From: Anolis carolinensis
Lineage: Eukaryota
Assembly (NCBI RefSeq): GCF_035594765.1
Contig: NC_085841.1
Location: 116,793,574-116,857,573, forward strand
Reading direction: 5' to 3'
Length of the DNA stretch: 64,000 nucleotides
The translations under genes were made by a program, and so were the position numbers. Positions 36,951 to 50,175 of this stretch are shown here, in pieces. Each line of letters starts with the position of its first letter. Position 1 is the first letter of the stretch. The notes beneath the pieces are model-generated. The model did not search any database. It was not told the origin of the DNA and saw nothing but the letters and a program-made list of their open reading frames with translations.

Positions 36951-39411
36951 TATAGGAAGAGGATTTGGGACTACTTTTGTGCACATATACAGCCTCAAGG
37001 CTTGCCTCCAGAAAGAGCAGATCCCTCTTTCAATAGCCTTTTAATGCATGCAAAGGCTCTTTAACTTTTATCACACATTCAAAAGTGATATACAGCATGT
37101 TATGTATGTTTTTCAATGGCCAAAATACATTTGCGAGCTAAAAGAATCCGGGTTCCACTTTTCAATCAATTCCACTTCCTGACAGCTCTCTAGTCCTTAA
37201 TCTGGCAGATGGGGGAAGAGTCTTCTTATACTGTTCATGCCTTAAAATTCATGCCTCTTTGATTGTAAGACTGTAGAACTGATGCTAATATCTTCATGTC
37301 CTGTATCTAGAGAAGAAGACTAATGCTGACAAAAAAATATTTTGGGTCTTAAGGCTTATGCAGTTCAGCACAAGTTTAACAGAGGACACTGAAGGGAGTG
37401 AATGCAGTTGCTAAACAACAAAATGTGCACTTGCCTCAAATGTCCACATCTTAAATTGAAAACAGAGATGTCCTGCCATCTTTGGTTTGGTTACCAGTGG
37501 ATATGTCACCTGAGGCAAATTCAGTGTTACCTTCATTTCTGTGTACAGAAGTGAAATGGACAAGGTGTTACATTTTACCCCCATGCTGGTTCTTTCCCTC
37601 TTTATTTCTTGCTGATGCTATTTCTTAGAGAGTGGTATCAGCAGGTAACAAAGACAGAAAAGGACTCTGAAACTGCCCTCAGCTGGGTAAGATCCAGTTA
37701 TGATGCCACCAGCTTGGGCGGTCTCCTCTAAAGCCATTTAAATTATTTAGCCCACATAATTACAAAACCCTAACTGCTGGAGGTTTCAGACTTGAAAGTG
37801 AAACCAATTTAGATTTCAAAAAGAACTACATATCAAATCACACGTTTACCTTGCTTCACCTCAAGAAAATGTGTATGATTTTCTCTGCCACTGAAATACA
37901 GGATCTTCTTCATATTTTATCTGTATTGATGTTGATATACCATAGATACATGGATACGTAGCTATTTGGCCATTGTTGTATTTTTACAGTCAAGCCTGAT
38001 TCCATCTGCCGTGAGCCAGTGGGGAGAGCTCTTCCCATCTCCTGAAGTGAAAGGGAACCCTGTTATATAAATAAACGCAGCCACTCTGGACCTTCTGCAA
38101 AATCTGCTTCAAGCCAAGCATTGCCATGAGAGAAAGTAATTAAAGGCCATTTGCAAACACTGTCCCAGAAACATGTAAACAGCAATATAAACATTAGTTC
38201 AGGTCAGGGAGGGAGTCCAGCATTTGGTGAAGTGGGCAACCCACGCTCGCCTGCCAAAAGTGTGTCATCCCCAAAAGGGAGTCAACATTTGGGAAAACAG
38301 TGTGGCAGGTTGTATCAGTACAAATCATTTCCTAAGTGGCACATTTTGCTTGAAGCATGTGTGGGCTGAACTGAAAGAGAGATGAGGCACTGGAAATCAG
38401 CTTTAATGCTGGACCTCTCTTCCTCCCCCTTTGCTCTCTCTCTCATACACACACTTGCACACAGATTATTTATAGTAATACAATAAATAGACTTGCAAAA
38501 AAGAGTTTTTCATGAGGAGTGTCAATAATTTTTTTTCTTATACACATACTAGATTGAATTGCTCCCATTTGAGTACTGTAAAATTTTTGCATTATTTGAT
38601 GGGGAAAAAGTGTGATCTAAGGGATACTTCCAGTTTGCAAGCAAATTTTGTTCATAGCAGAACTCAGTTTGAGTTCTGTAGCTAAGTCGCTTTGAAATAC
38701 TGTTTTGAAACTGCAAAAAACTTTGCAAATCCACACAGAATTTAGTTTTTAAGAAGAAGCATCCTCACTAATGAGATTTTCAATGGTTTTACAATTTAGA
38801 ATGCTGTAGCATTTAGCACAACTTTATTTAACCATGAACCTACAAGGAAAGATGAACACTAGCAATAAAGAAAAATGATTCAAATGCTTAACTAGTGCAA
38901 TATTGCTGAAGCACTTCAACACTTTGACTCCTGAATCATTATTTGACAACATTATTACTATTATTTGTATCCCACCTTTTCTCTCTAAAAGAGACTCAAA
39001 CCGGCTCACATGAAAAAAATACAATACAGCAGCATTCCTGATTTGAATTTCAAAACTTGATTTTAAAAAATGAGTTCAGTGGAAATTGCTCAATTTCTAA
39101 AACATTGTCTAAGTCTATGTGATAAGTGGGGAGGAGGAAGGACATAGTGGAGTGGTTGGGAGGGAAACCTGCAATATTTCAAGAAAGCTTTTGGATTAAA
39201 AACCATAAACATGCAGGTGAAATTAAAACAAAATGAACTGGAAAGTCTTGATATTTCCAGGGACTTTCCCATGTCTGGATAAGACTGAAATATGCATTAA
39301 AATCCAGTCCCATAAGGATCTAGGTGTGCGATATGAGATTACACCCAAAATGCATTGCATAATAACAAGACAATGGTATCTCAATTTCTGAAATGACAAG
39401 GTTGCAGCCAG

Positions 39412-39666
39412 CCATGTAGTGGCACAATGGGTTAAACTTTTGTGCCAGCTGAACTGCTGACCTAAAGATCTGAAGGTTTGAATCTGCAAGATAGGGTGAG
39501 CTCCCATCTGTCAGCCCCAGCTTCCATGCAGGGACATGAGAGAAAACTCCCACAGGATGGTAACATATCCAGGCATCCCTGGACAACGTCTCTGTTGACA
39601 GCCGATTCTCTCACACTAGAAGCAACTTGCAGTATATTCTCAGTTTTCTTCTGACATGATAAAAAA
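39412..39666 (+). mobile_element. Anolis SINE2-type SINE (more diverged)
   Basis: Same body as the copy at 10492. Tail ttctgacatgataaaaaaa, with agccag on both flanks. Confidence 0.85.
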
Positions 39667-40938
39667 AGCCAGGCATATATTTTTAGAAGTAGAAACCTAG
39701 TTAGGCACCCCCAAAATTACCCTTTTTGGTAGACGAACACAGAAGAAATGTTCTTCTTGCAAAGGAACAACCACATTATACTGGATAATTCTTCAGAAAC
39801 AATGATATAAGAGTTGTGCTATTTGAATTACTAAAGGATAGGATTACTCCTAAGTATAGCAGAAGAGCCGAGGACACCAGCTTCTCATTTTTTCTTTTCT
39901 ATACATTTCATGGAGCCTTGGTTTGGCTCAGTTAGTTCCACTGAGTAAAAAGTTGATATGTCAAATCTCCCAATGGCACCAAAAAGTACAACCCTATCCA
40001 ATCTAATTCCCCTTGTGAACTATTGGTATTAGCAAGAGGATTTCATAGTCCGCCTAAGCATCCCCAGTTTATTTAGGGTATTTTTCCTGAATTATTATCT
40101 GAACTTATTATATCAACATAATAGAAACTGCAAAGTCAAATAAATAAATATGGATCTCATATTTGCCTTTAGAGGGAACAGCTCCGTTTGTTTATTGAGA
40201 GCTTGCAAGAGGTGTTCATTTCAGTTGGGGGACTTAATGCATAACTAGAATAGAGCAATGCTGCCAAAACCGTATCCAAAATTTCACAGCAATGCACTCA
40301 TTAGGCTCTAATCTTTAAAAGAAAACATCACTGAAAATGACTATTAACATTTCCCTGTGGCCTCCAGCCCCCTCCCACGTCAGCTTTTTCCCAAACCGCA
40401 CCACATAAAAAGCTGTTTTTTTGCAATGTTTCAGAGGCTGGTGGCCTAGTAAAGCCCAGAAAAAGAAGAGCTGAGGTTTTTCTGCTCTTAAAGCGAGGCT
40501 CCTTAAAGTATAGTTCTATTTAATTGCAATGAACACTTCTCCAGGCCTGGAGCTTTATATTACACTCAGCTGGTGGAAAGCTGGCCAACAGAGGCACAAT
40601 GGCATGTTAATAAAAAGAATAACTGTGGCACCTCAGGGCAAGACTGATTATTTTTAAAGGGTGAGCTAAATATTTCTAAGGTGTGAGAGTTTTTGTTGCA
40701 GGATTTAATTCACACCAACAGTACCACATTTAACTTTGCTCTTGGGTAGCCCATAAGGTTACCCATGGGGCATTACTGACATTGTGTGGCAAAGCATAGC
40801 ATTTTTTATCTCAGCCATGCTTGGAATAAACAAGAAGGAGGTGGTTTTCTGCTCTTCCTCATCATCGCCTTCCTTCCAATGAATATTTTTTTCTTAAAGC
40901 ATATGCTTGCATATTTTTCTTTGAACACTATGGGTTTT

Positions 40939-41073
40939 CAATGGTTCTCAACCAGGAGTCTCCAGATGTTTTTGGCCTACAACTCCTAAAAATCCCAGCC
41001 AGTTTACCAGCTGTTAGGATTTCTGGGAGTTGAAGGCTAAAACCTTCTGGGGACCCCAGGTCGAGAACCACTG
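40939..41073. mobile_element. palindromic hAT MITE (family B)
   Basis: Termini caatggttctcaacc / ggtcgagaaccactg. Reverse complement of the copy at 27127. Confidence 0.85.
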
Positions 41074-41482
41074 GGTTCGATCTTACATTAGAGGTTCTGC
41101 TGAGTAGTCCTATTAGAATACAGCTATATCACTCAGCTACTGAATTGTGACAATGTACAATGGGGTAACACCAAAGTTGTCCTGTTGCCCAATGGAGGCT
41201 CCCATTACATGATGGGACACATTGTAACATGGGACACATTGTTCATTGGAGCTGTTGTTCTGGTTCTGCTTATGCAATTATCTTTGATGGTATAGCTACA
41301 TCTCTGCTCCTCTGGTGGGTACTATAGAAACATTGTGCCATAGTGCAAGTCAACTTTATGAAACTGTACATCAGTTTTTGATGAAGTAACTTCACAACAG
41401 GATACCAACCAGCACTTATTTTACACATATTTTAAAGTAATGGGCTCTAAAATGCCCTTGATGGAGGCATAAGAGCTGACAT

Positions 41483-41822
41483 GAGCCATGGTGTTTCGTA
41501 GGGCAAGGCGAAGTGTGTTAAAGCACTGAGCTGCTGAACTTGCAGACCGAAAGGTCCCAAGTTCAAATCCTAGGAGCGGAGTGAGCGCCCGCTGTTAGCT
41601 CCAGCTTCTGCCAACCTAGCAGTTTGAAATAATGGCAATGTGAGTCGACCAATAGGTACCACTCCGGTGGGAAGGTAACGGCGCTCCATGCAGTCATGCC
41701 GGCCACATGACCTTGGAGGGGTCTACGGACAGCGCCAGCTCTTCGGCTTAGAAATGGAGATGAGCATCAACCCTCAGAGTCGGTCATGACTGGACTTAAC
41801 GTCAGGGGAAAACCTTTACCTT
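41483..41822 (+). mobile_element. Sauria SINE
   Basis: Full core and the tail aggggaaaacctttacctt. Confidence 0.92.
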
Positions 41823-42229
41823 AGAATAATAATCTTCATACATAAAAATTTGCATTCATCAGAAAGAAAACCCATTTTTAGCATTTTCATTTTCAGTCCC
41901 TGTTGAATAACATACCAGCTTCTAAAGAACTCAAAATACTTTACTTCTTGAAATTGGTCCCTGATAATTAAGTAATTATGTTGATCATCATCACCCTCAT
42001 CGCCCAATGATGAAAATTTGTAATCTAACATAGCATTCTCGAGAAGATAAACATAAACATAAAATATAGTGTGTGTGTGTCTTCAAGTCTCCTGACAACT
42101 TATGGTGACCCCATGAAAGTCATAGGACTTTCTTAGGCAAGGAAAGCTCAGAGGCAGTACTTTCCCTGAACCATACCCTACAGTACCTGATATTTGTTAG
42201 TGTTCCCCCATCCAATTACTAAACAGGAT

Positions 42230-42513
42230 AGTAGAGCCTCCGATGGCACAGTGGGTAAACCCTTGTGTGGGCAGGACTGATGACTTGAAGGTTGGGTTGC
42301 TGACCTGAAGCTTGCCAGTTGGAATCCAACCCAGGGAGAGCCCCCTCTATCAGCTCCAGCTCCATGCAGGGACATGAGAGAACCCTCCCACAAGGATGGT
42401 AAAAACATCAAAACATCGGGGCATCCCCTGGGTAATGTCCTTGCAGATGGCCAATTCTCTCACACCAAAATCAACTTGCAGTTTCTCAAATCACTCCTGA
42501 CATGAAAAAAAAA
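42230..42513 (+). mobile_element. Anolis SINE2-type SINE
   Basis: 12-bp TSD actaaacaggat (42218-42229 and 42514-42525), with poly-A tail. Confidence 0.9.
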
Positions 42514-42533
42514 ACTAAACAGGATTGACCTTG

Positions 42534-42760
42534 TTTATTTATTTATTTATTTCTCTACTTGTATCCCGCCTTTCTCAACCCCAAAGGAGACTCAAGGTGA
42601 CCTTACAAAGGCAACAGTTCAATGCCACATGTACACATACATTAATGAACAAACAAAAATATTAAAACCAACCAATTAAAACATAACATTAAAACAAGAA
42701 TTAAAATCACATAATCAAAGTCTTATTCCAAGGCCAGTCCGGGTCATCATTAAATTAATA
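42534..42760 (-). mobile_element. L2-type 3' tail
   Basis: (ttta)n followed by tcccgcctttctc..ggagactcaaggtg. Confidence 0.7.
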
Positions 42761-43139
42761 GTTTCCAAGATAAGATGGAATCCAGTGCTTTGGAGTATTT
42801 AGGACAGCACCTTTATATTTCTTTATAGAGAAAATAAAAATATCTGGGACAAGATCTAACAAAGTCTTGGTTGTACCCAATTTCATGTATTTTCATGATT
42901 TATACATTTTGTACTGAACTTTTACAATATTTATTTACACAAACATACATGTCACTAAAGTCTTTGCTTATTTTTAGTAAATTTGCAAAGATTGCTTTCA
43001 GCCTCTTTCCTAGATTAGTTGGCATGTTTTCCATTAAAACACAATGTGCTTTATTGATGTGGGTATTGGTACCTATGTTTTTTCCCCAGTATTAGAAAGA
43101 CCTGAAGAAACACTGAAGCCTATTTGAATAAGTCATATG

Positions 43140-43284
43140 NNNNNNNNNNNNNNNNNNNNNNNNNNNNNNNNNNNNNNNNNNNNNNNNNNNNNNNNNNNNN
43201 NNNNNNNNNNNNNNNNNNNNNNNNNNNNNNNNNNNNNNNNNNNNNNNNNNNNNNNNNNNNNNNNNNNNNNNNNNNNNNNNNNNN
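43140..43284. other. assembly gap (N run)
   Basis: Run of N. Confidence 0.98.
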
Positions 43285-44192
43285 CAAGTGCTGATCTAAT
43301 AATTCAAGTCAACAACTCCTTCCTTGCTGCCCTGTACCTCATGTGTTTGAAATATATTCAGAAATGGCTGTCTGCTATAAACACCTCTCAAGGGAAGATA
43401 TGAAGATTTGATACTATACATGCCAACTCAGGAATTTAGGACTGAAATCCCAGTGTGTGATAGGAGGTGCTCACTCAGTATGGCTGGGCACAACTGGCAT
43501 GGAAAACTGGGTTTTTAAAAATCTTCTCATTCCAGATAGCTCACAAGGTCCCAGTCTTTTACCAGGTCTGCACTGAAAATTTACTGCACATTTTCATTAT
43601 TCAAGGGTACTTGATGCCAGATCCACTGTAAAGCTTTGCATTAAAATCTCAACATACAGTAGTGAGATGAACATTTTTGTTTCAAAGACTAGTTTTATAG
43701 AAACTTGGCACCAGAAAACACGTTTCTGTTTCATTATTATGACACATAAAATTTTACTGGGTTCTCATGCTTTTTTTTTAATCATTGGCACATGCTGAAG
43801 CACACAACATATTGGCAAATACACAGTAGTCCTCTTTCCACATCATTTCCCACAGCATTTTAAAATGTATTTGCAATAACTTCATACTTAAAACATGCAG
43901 TAAGTTAGTCATTGCTCAATGTGAAGGGTTACAGTCATCAAATTTAGCTTAGTTCCTGTTTCCAAAAATATCCTTACGTAGCACAGATGTGGCAGTTCGA
44001 AATGTGTCTAAACATATTTACTTGCAATTTAACATACATATTTTTTTTCTAAAAACAGTCCCAGATAAAGTAGGTATAAACTATGTTCATGAATGCATAG
44101 ATTATTTTCTTACTCTCACAAGTACCAGGAGCATATCAACAAAGTGCTAGCCCTCGAGGAATTCTCTCTCCCTTGCAAGTGCTGATTACATT

Positions 44193-44292
44193 GGGTTGTT
44201 GTATGTTTGGCCATGTTCCAGAAGTATGGCCAAATAGCCCGGAAAACATACAACAACCCTGTAATCCCGGCCATGAAAGCCTTCGACAACAC
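44193..44292 (+). mobile_element. minimal Penelope-like retroelement insertion with inverted 5' part
   Basis: The 3' end ccggccatgaaagccttcgacaacac matches the Anolis Penelope terminus as I recall it. Inverted arms and a 12-bp flanking direct repeat gctgattacatt (44181-44192 and 44293-44304). Confidence 0.75.
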
Positions 44293-44588
44293 GCTGATTA
44301 CATTATCAATGATGTCCCAGCCAACCCTTCTCACATAATCTGAAATCATACATAATGTACACTTGAAGAGTTATGGAGTCACAACCACATTATTTGCCTT
44401 ATGACCTTTGATAAACTAATTAATAAACCTATTCCTGGGAAGACATGGATATGCTCCTTCCAACTATCAAGAGATCATGGTGCCGGTTCTCACATACCAA
44501 GAACACACATTTGTTCAGCTTGTGCCTCACAAGTATGTGGAGATCAAGATGTGAATAGCAGGAGCATTCTTGCTCCCTTTTCATCTTG

Positions 44589-44760
44589 GAATCATAGGGT
44601 TGGAAAGGACTGCAAGGCCCCTTCCCAAAAGATCTCTAAAGATATCTCCTGAAAGATGGCCAGCCAACTACTTTTTAAAGAAAAAGAGTCCACCACCTTC
44701 CAAGGCAGTCTATACCAATGTTGAACAGTTCTAATAGTAAAGACATTCTTCCAAATATTT
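44589..44760 (-). mobile_element. CR1 3' fragment
   Basis: gaatcatagggttggaaaggac..gagtccaccaccttccaaggcagtc..ttgaacag. Confidence 0.65.
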
Positions 44761-45900
44761 CTTCATTATGCACATCTATTGGAAAATGAACAACATGAAA
44801 AGACATTCTGACAGCACTGATGACATGATAGATGGATTATAAAGAGAGCCTCTTGAAAGGAGTCTTTAGAAGGGGTAGGAGGTTTGTGTTTGCTTAAAAT
44901 GAGGCTTAGCATTCTGAAGGAGATAAGACTACTCACTTCACTTTCCCATTGCTGTTTTTGAATCAGCTAATATAATTCTGGAATCACACAAACCTGATTT
45001 TGGATCTGCAGACATTTTTTCAGCAGTCTTTTTGGGGGTGGGGAACAGCTCATTTAAAGTGAATATGCCCAACAAGGAATCAGAGATGATGAGCTAATAG
45101 ATCAGGGGTGGGGGAGAGACCCTCAAAGCCCTCAGATTCACCATTGGTGAAATGGAAAACAATGCAGATAATGTTTGGTCAAAAAGGCTCTCATTAAACT
45201 CATTCAAATTGCCACAGAAACACGACCAGCTATTTCTCCACTAAATTTGAAAACTGGAAGTGGTGTGAACTCATGTCCAGTTGGACCAAAAGCAATGATA
45301 AAGCCTGAAGTGGAATCCTCAGGGAAAAATTGGGCTGTTGCCCACCATGTGATAATGATGCAAATGTGATATGGTTGGGATTTCCCAAGTTATATTCAAG
45401 TTTTCTTCCCACATTTTGGGGAAAGATCTGTTAGAAGATTGTTTCTATTTACTGTTCTGACTAAGCTGAATTATAAAATCCTAGTCAGCAACTTTGTTTA
45501 AAAATATCTTGACAGATTACATATAGATATAAATCATCCTAGTGATATAGATATGGATCTAGGCATAGACATAGACATACATATGGATGTTAGCTAGAAT
45601 CCTATTCAACTTGCAGGTTCAAAAGTGCAACCTGCAAGTTACGCATTCGTAACTACTATGTATTCATGATCCCTGGTTTAACGGACTATGTAGGGAGCAT
45701 GAAATTCCCCTAAACCCCACTTATTAGTGAGCAGCTGCTGGAATCGATGGGGGTCAGTTTCCCTGTCAATCAGGAAATAGTTGCCAGGCTTTCCATTTTC
45801 TCCTTATAGTCAGATGCTCTCCCTGAGCAGGGACCCTGTTTCTGCCTGTTGCAAAAGGGATCACTCACTGGAGAAACATAGACACAGAATTTATTTACAC

Positions 45901-46300
45901 CAGAGCTTTCAAAACATTTCATGTTGGCAAAACACTTTTTAGAGAAGCATCATTTTGTGACACAGTAATTCAGTTTTGTTCACAAACCGGAGACTAAACT
46001 AACCTGTTATGAGAGATAAGAACACATACATAAATTATAATAATGAAATGTATGGTGACACAACATATCTCATGAAAACCTTTCATGTTAATATTAATGG
46101 TATTCATAGTAATAATGTCAATAATGTTAATATTAATAATAAATCATACTAATTGATACCTTTGCTGCAAAAAGATGTATGCAAGTGCGTATTGCTTGTT
46201 TCAAATAGACTCAAAAGGTTTCTCGTTGCATTCGTGTGACACACCTACACATTGCAGGTGACACATTAACATATTGCAATACATAGTTTGGAAAGCTCCG
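45901..46300. mobile_element. non-autonomous hAT element
   Basis: TIRs cagagctttcaaaac / gtttggaaagctccg, with an 8-bp TSD atttacac / atctacac (7/8) and gtgacac subterminal repeats. Confidence 0.8.
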
Positions 46301-46478
46301 ATCTACACAGTAAATGGCTCCATGCTTTGGAAACATGGAAGTTGTAGTCTTATAAAGTTTTAAGATTTCTCTGCCAAAGAGTGCTGGTGCCTCACAGAAT
46401 TCCAGGATTCCATAGCATTTAGCCATGATCGTTTAAAGTGATATCAAACTGCATCAATTCTACAGTGCAGATGCACCC
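46301..46478. mobile_element. palindromic Harbinger-like MITE (family C)
   Basis: Ends tacagtgcagatgcaccc|taa. Reverse complement of the copy at 28381. Confidence 0.65.
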
Positions 46479-48013
46479 TAAGTGAGCAATGAATGATAGC
46501 AGGCTGCACATATTTGAAACCAGACTTCACATATTATTATAGTTTCATCAGAGGACAAGTCCATCTTTTCTGGTAAAAACACAAACCCGAAGTCCTAAGA
46601 TGTCTTGCTAAACCATTGTGTCATATTTTGAGAGTCTAAAAGAATTGGCTCCAAGGTTACTTTTTTATAATAAGTATTCTTGGAAACATCTACACATCTA
46701 GTAAAAGTTTTGAAATGCAGGGTTATTGGGGGGGGGGGGGGGAGTTGGTGATCTCAAGTAAACATGACTGGCTCTTGACCCCCAAATGGGAAAAGTCAAA
46801 GTTCTTTTGGAAATGACACATTGTGACCTACAGTCTGCTGTAGCACATTAAGTCTGACAAATGGCCAGAAAGGATGACCAACACAAGCAATGAATGGGAG
46901 AGAGCAAGAGAGAGAGATTCTTAGCTATGGTACCCAGCAGTTAACCTTCTGTAGTCACCTTACAGAGAAGGATCATTGGGAAGCCATGTCCTCCACCTGG
47001 CTAAGGATAAACACAGCCTTGCCACACTGTTAAAAGGGGCTTCCTTCTGTGTTAATGTGGTTCAGTGCTTCTGTCATGAAAATGAACTCCAAGGACAGTT
47101 TCCCACACTCTGATTCACAAAGGAAGTACTATATTACTCATATAAAAGAGGCATCTGAGTCTTTCCCTCAATACATGCACATTGCAGGACTTAACTGAGA
47201 TGCTGTATGTAGAGAAGAAGATCTGGAAGGGAAGGGAGATTTATAGCACGAATGAAGTCCTATAGAGTCCAGCGGGGTTTTTTTTTTACCATCTAAGGAT
47301 ACATAAGATAACAACAAAATAAATATTTCAGCATGGTAGTCAGGCATAAAAGCTTTCCAGGCTCTACTGGGCCAAAATACAAGAATCAATATTATTATAT
47401 TCTGTTTTTCTCATTGCATCCTGAAAATATTCTGTAAGACAATAAAAAAGTATGGTTAAGAATGGAAAATAATTCAACTATAAGCAATAATAAATCCTTG
47501 TACTGTTTTTTTCTTGGTGGTCATATCTTCCAACTTGGCAGAGACATCCCAGTTGATCTTCTGTAAAGCCCACTTTTAGAGCTGCTTGGTAAATGCTCCC
47601 ATTTTTCTCTCTCTGCCTCACTCATTCCTCCTTTATCCTCAGCTTGCTTAAGTTGCTGCAAGCTGAGTTCAAAGTAGTTTGTATTCAGTTAATGGAGTGG
47701 GGAGGAAAGGAAAGATGAGGTCTTGCCTTTCTCACTATACTCAGAGAATAACTAATTCATCCAAAAATTACATAAGGCATCTTTAAATTAAATTCACAAT
47801 GAGATGCATATGATGTAGAATAAATATAACAACAGCAATAAAAGTATGCAGCAGATTACTGGATGAGCAGCATTGAATCTTGTTGGAGTTGTAAGCCACC
47901 TTGAGTCCCCCATGGGGTGAGAAAGGCGGGGTATAAATGAAGTAAATAAATAAATTCTAAGTATACAATGAGAACATATATAAGCAGTCATATGTCATAA
48001 GAAATTTTCTATT

Positions 48014-48213
48014 ACAGTTTTCCCTGAATTTTGTGGATTTAATTATTCACCGATTTGATAAATGTTCTTTCTAGGAATCTCTAGGTCCTCTGGAAAGTGA
48101 TCAGAAAGTCATGATAAAGGTTCTAAAAATTTCTATTTTTTAATTTGTGGTTTGTGCACTTTTCCGGGGATCCTGGGTTGCTAACCCCAGCCAATGTGGG
48201 GGATGAACTGCAT
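48014..48213. mobile_element. Tigger/pogo-like MITE (family D)
   Basis: Shares ctaggaatctctaggtcctc with 62873-62970 and ctaaccccagc..aatgt with 63715-63922. Confidence 0.55.
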
Positions 48214-49613
48214 AATTATTATCTCATTAGAATAATTTTCCAGTTACATCATGATTAGTAATAATTGCAACACTTTTTTAATTCTGTTACATTTACATAC
48301 ATTTGTGTATTTTGTCATTTCTAAGGTAAAAGCCTAATTTTTAATGGAATGAGAGGACAAATTAAGTAAAGTATGGGAAACCAAATGTGGGGAATATTAC
48401 TTGCGGGGATTGGCAAAAGTTTAAAGACATTGACAGGACAACCAGAGGCAATTTGAGTTTTCATTGCAGAACCAAAGGAGAGTTAGCTAGTAAACGAATA
48501 GTCCCCAAATTGGTGCCAGGATGAAAAGTATTAGCTGCAGGCCCAGTCAAGATGGTCTCCCTAGACTTTGCCTACATTTTGATTTGCCAAAAAGATCCTA
48601 TTCCTTTGACTTTTTGTTTCACTTCTTCATGTCTCATATATAACATATCATCCCTAAAGATATCTCAAAGGGTGCCTTTAAGGGGTTTCTCTATTGCATT
48701 GGGTTAAAAAAAACCCCAAAGTCTGTATGCCTTGAAAATTCAATGGAGTCTTATACTGAATGTGGCTCCCCCTCCCCTTTCTTTATAAAAACATAACATG
48801 AGCTTGATCATGGCTGGGAATCTATTTTCAAGAGTGATCATCTTAAGGAATGAAAAATAAACATGAAGTCAGAATTTCCTGCAAGACAGTGGGAGGGTGA
48901 TCGGATCATCTGAAGGCTGGTGATGCATTTTCCCAGGATGAATATCACTGATCTCATTTCTTTCATCATTTGCCCTTCTCTTTATCTGAAATTTCTGTGA
49001 TTCTAAGTATTTTTGAAGTTTCATAATTGGCACAAGTTTGTGATTCAGAAAAACATTAAAGTCATCCTGAATAATACGCCCTGAAGGCAGTGGCTTTTGT
49101 TCTTCTAGGTTAAGCACAAATAAGTGTTTCTCTCTTCTTACAGCTAGAAATTTCAACTATAGTCTCACACTTTTGTGAGCAGGGATTCTTCATATTTACA
49201 GAGTAGATGGAGAGATGTCAATCTTGGTACCAGGGATTTTGACTGCAGATACACACCACAAACTCTAGCCCTCTTTTCTTTTTCCTGCATTATAACAGGA
49301 TATAATGGATCTTCATCCTATCTCCAGGTCTTAAGAGTATTGGTAGTGCTTCCTTTGTTTTTTTCTTTTTGTTTCTGATGGGTAAGATGAAAAAGGGGGG
49401 AGACATCTACAGTGACCACTTAGTTTGGTTTGGCATCGGTAAACTGGTTTTGGTGTGAGGGTGATTAGATTGTCGTGTCTGGGACAGGTTTGAAGCCTGA
49501 AAGGTGATTATAGTAACCATGGAACCTAGCTTCAAACTGCTATGTGTGTGCCCCCCCCCCCACCACCACTATTTTCCGGAGAGATTTGCACCAGCACATG
49601 GGTGGCATACCGA

Positions 49614-49885
49614 CAGGCATGTAGCTGGGGGGGCTTGAGGGGCTTCAGCGCCCCCCCCCCCCCAAAATTTCTCAGGGTGGTCAGCGAGAAGGCCTTACAT
49701 TTATTATTTAAACTGTTATGTTTATTCATATCATGATCTGATCACCATACTCAATATATCCCTGGGGCATGGGGGTATTGGGATAACGATACAAAAGGTA
49801 GACCCTCTCCCGCTCAGACTCACCCCCCCCCCCCCGGAACCAAAATCCCAGCCCCTCCCGAAACAAAATCCTGACTACGGGCCTG
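49614..49885 (+). mobile_element. non-autonomous hAT MITE (family A, copy 2)
   Basis: Perfect 8-bp TSD cataccga (49606-49613 and 49886-49893). Confidence 0.9.
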
Positions 49886-50175
49886 CATACCGAGGTGGAG
49901 GGGAAGGGAGAAAAGTGACAACAGTGGAGGTAGTCAATTACTCCTCCAAATTACCCCTTCATCTATTCTTACAAGTATGAAAAATTGGATACATAAAAGG
50001 GGTCAAAAGAAAATCCCAAATGTATGTAACCTGGACAATTAACTTGTGATGGATCTAAGACTGCAATACGTAAACTATATAAGTTATATTTATCATAAAT
50101 TAGGCTATCCCAGGATTTATGGAATGCAATTGGTGGACATAAGATATTTTCCGTAACACCTATCTATATCCCAAG

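Larger units (their letters stand above)
42069..42800 (-). mobile_element. 5S-Sauria-like SINE split by two younger insertions
   Basis: (gt)n tail and RTE-like tail at 42069-42160. The 5S head is in pieces at 42178-42229, 42526-42533 and about 42760-42800. Confidence 0.75.

Noticed and set aside
48869-49156. 95-aa minus-strand ORF (EEQKPLPSGRIIQDDF...) with a plausible acceptor near 49105
   Set aside because: No recognisable homology, no donor found, and its phase does not fit the 52004-51905 segment. It cannot be supported, although a BLAST would be cheap.
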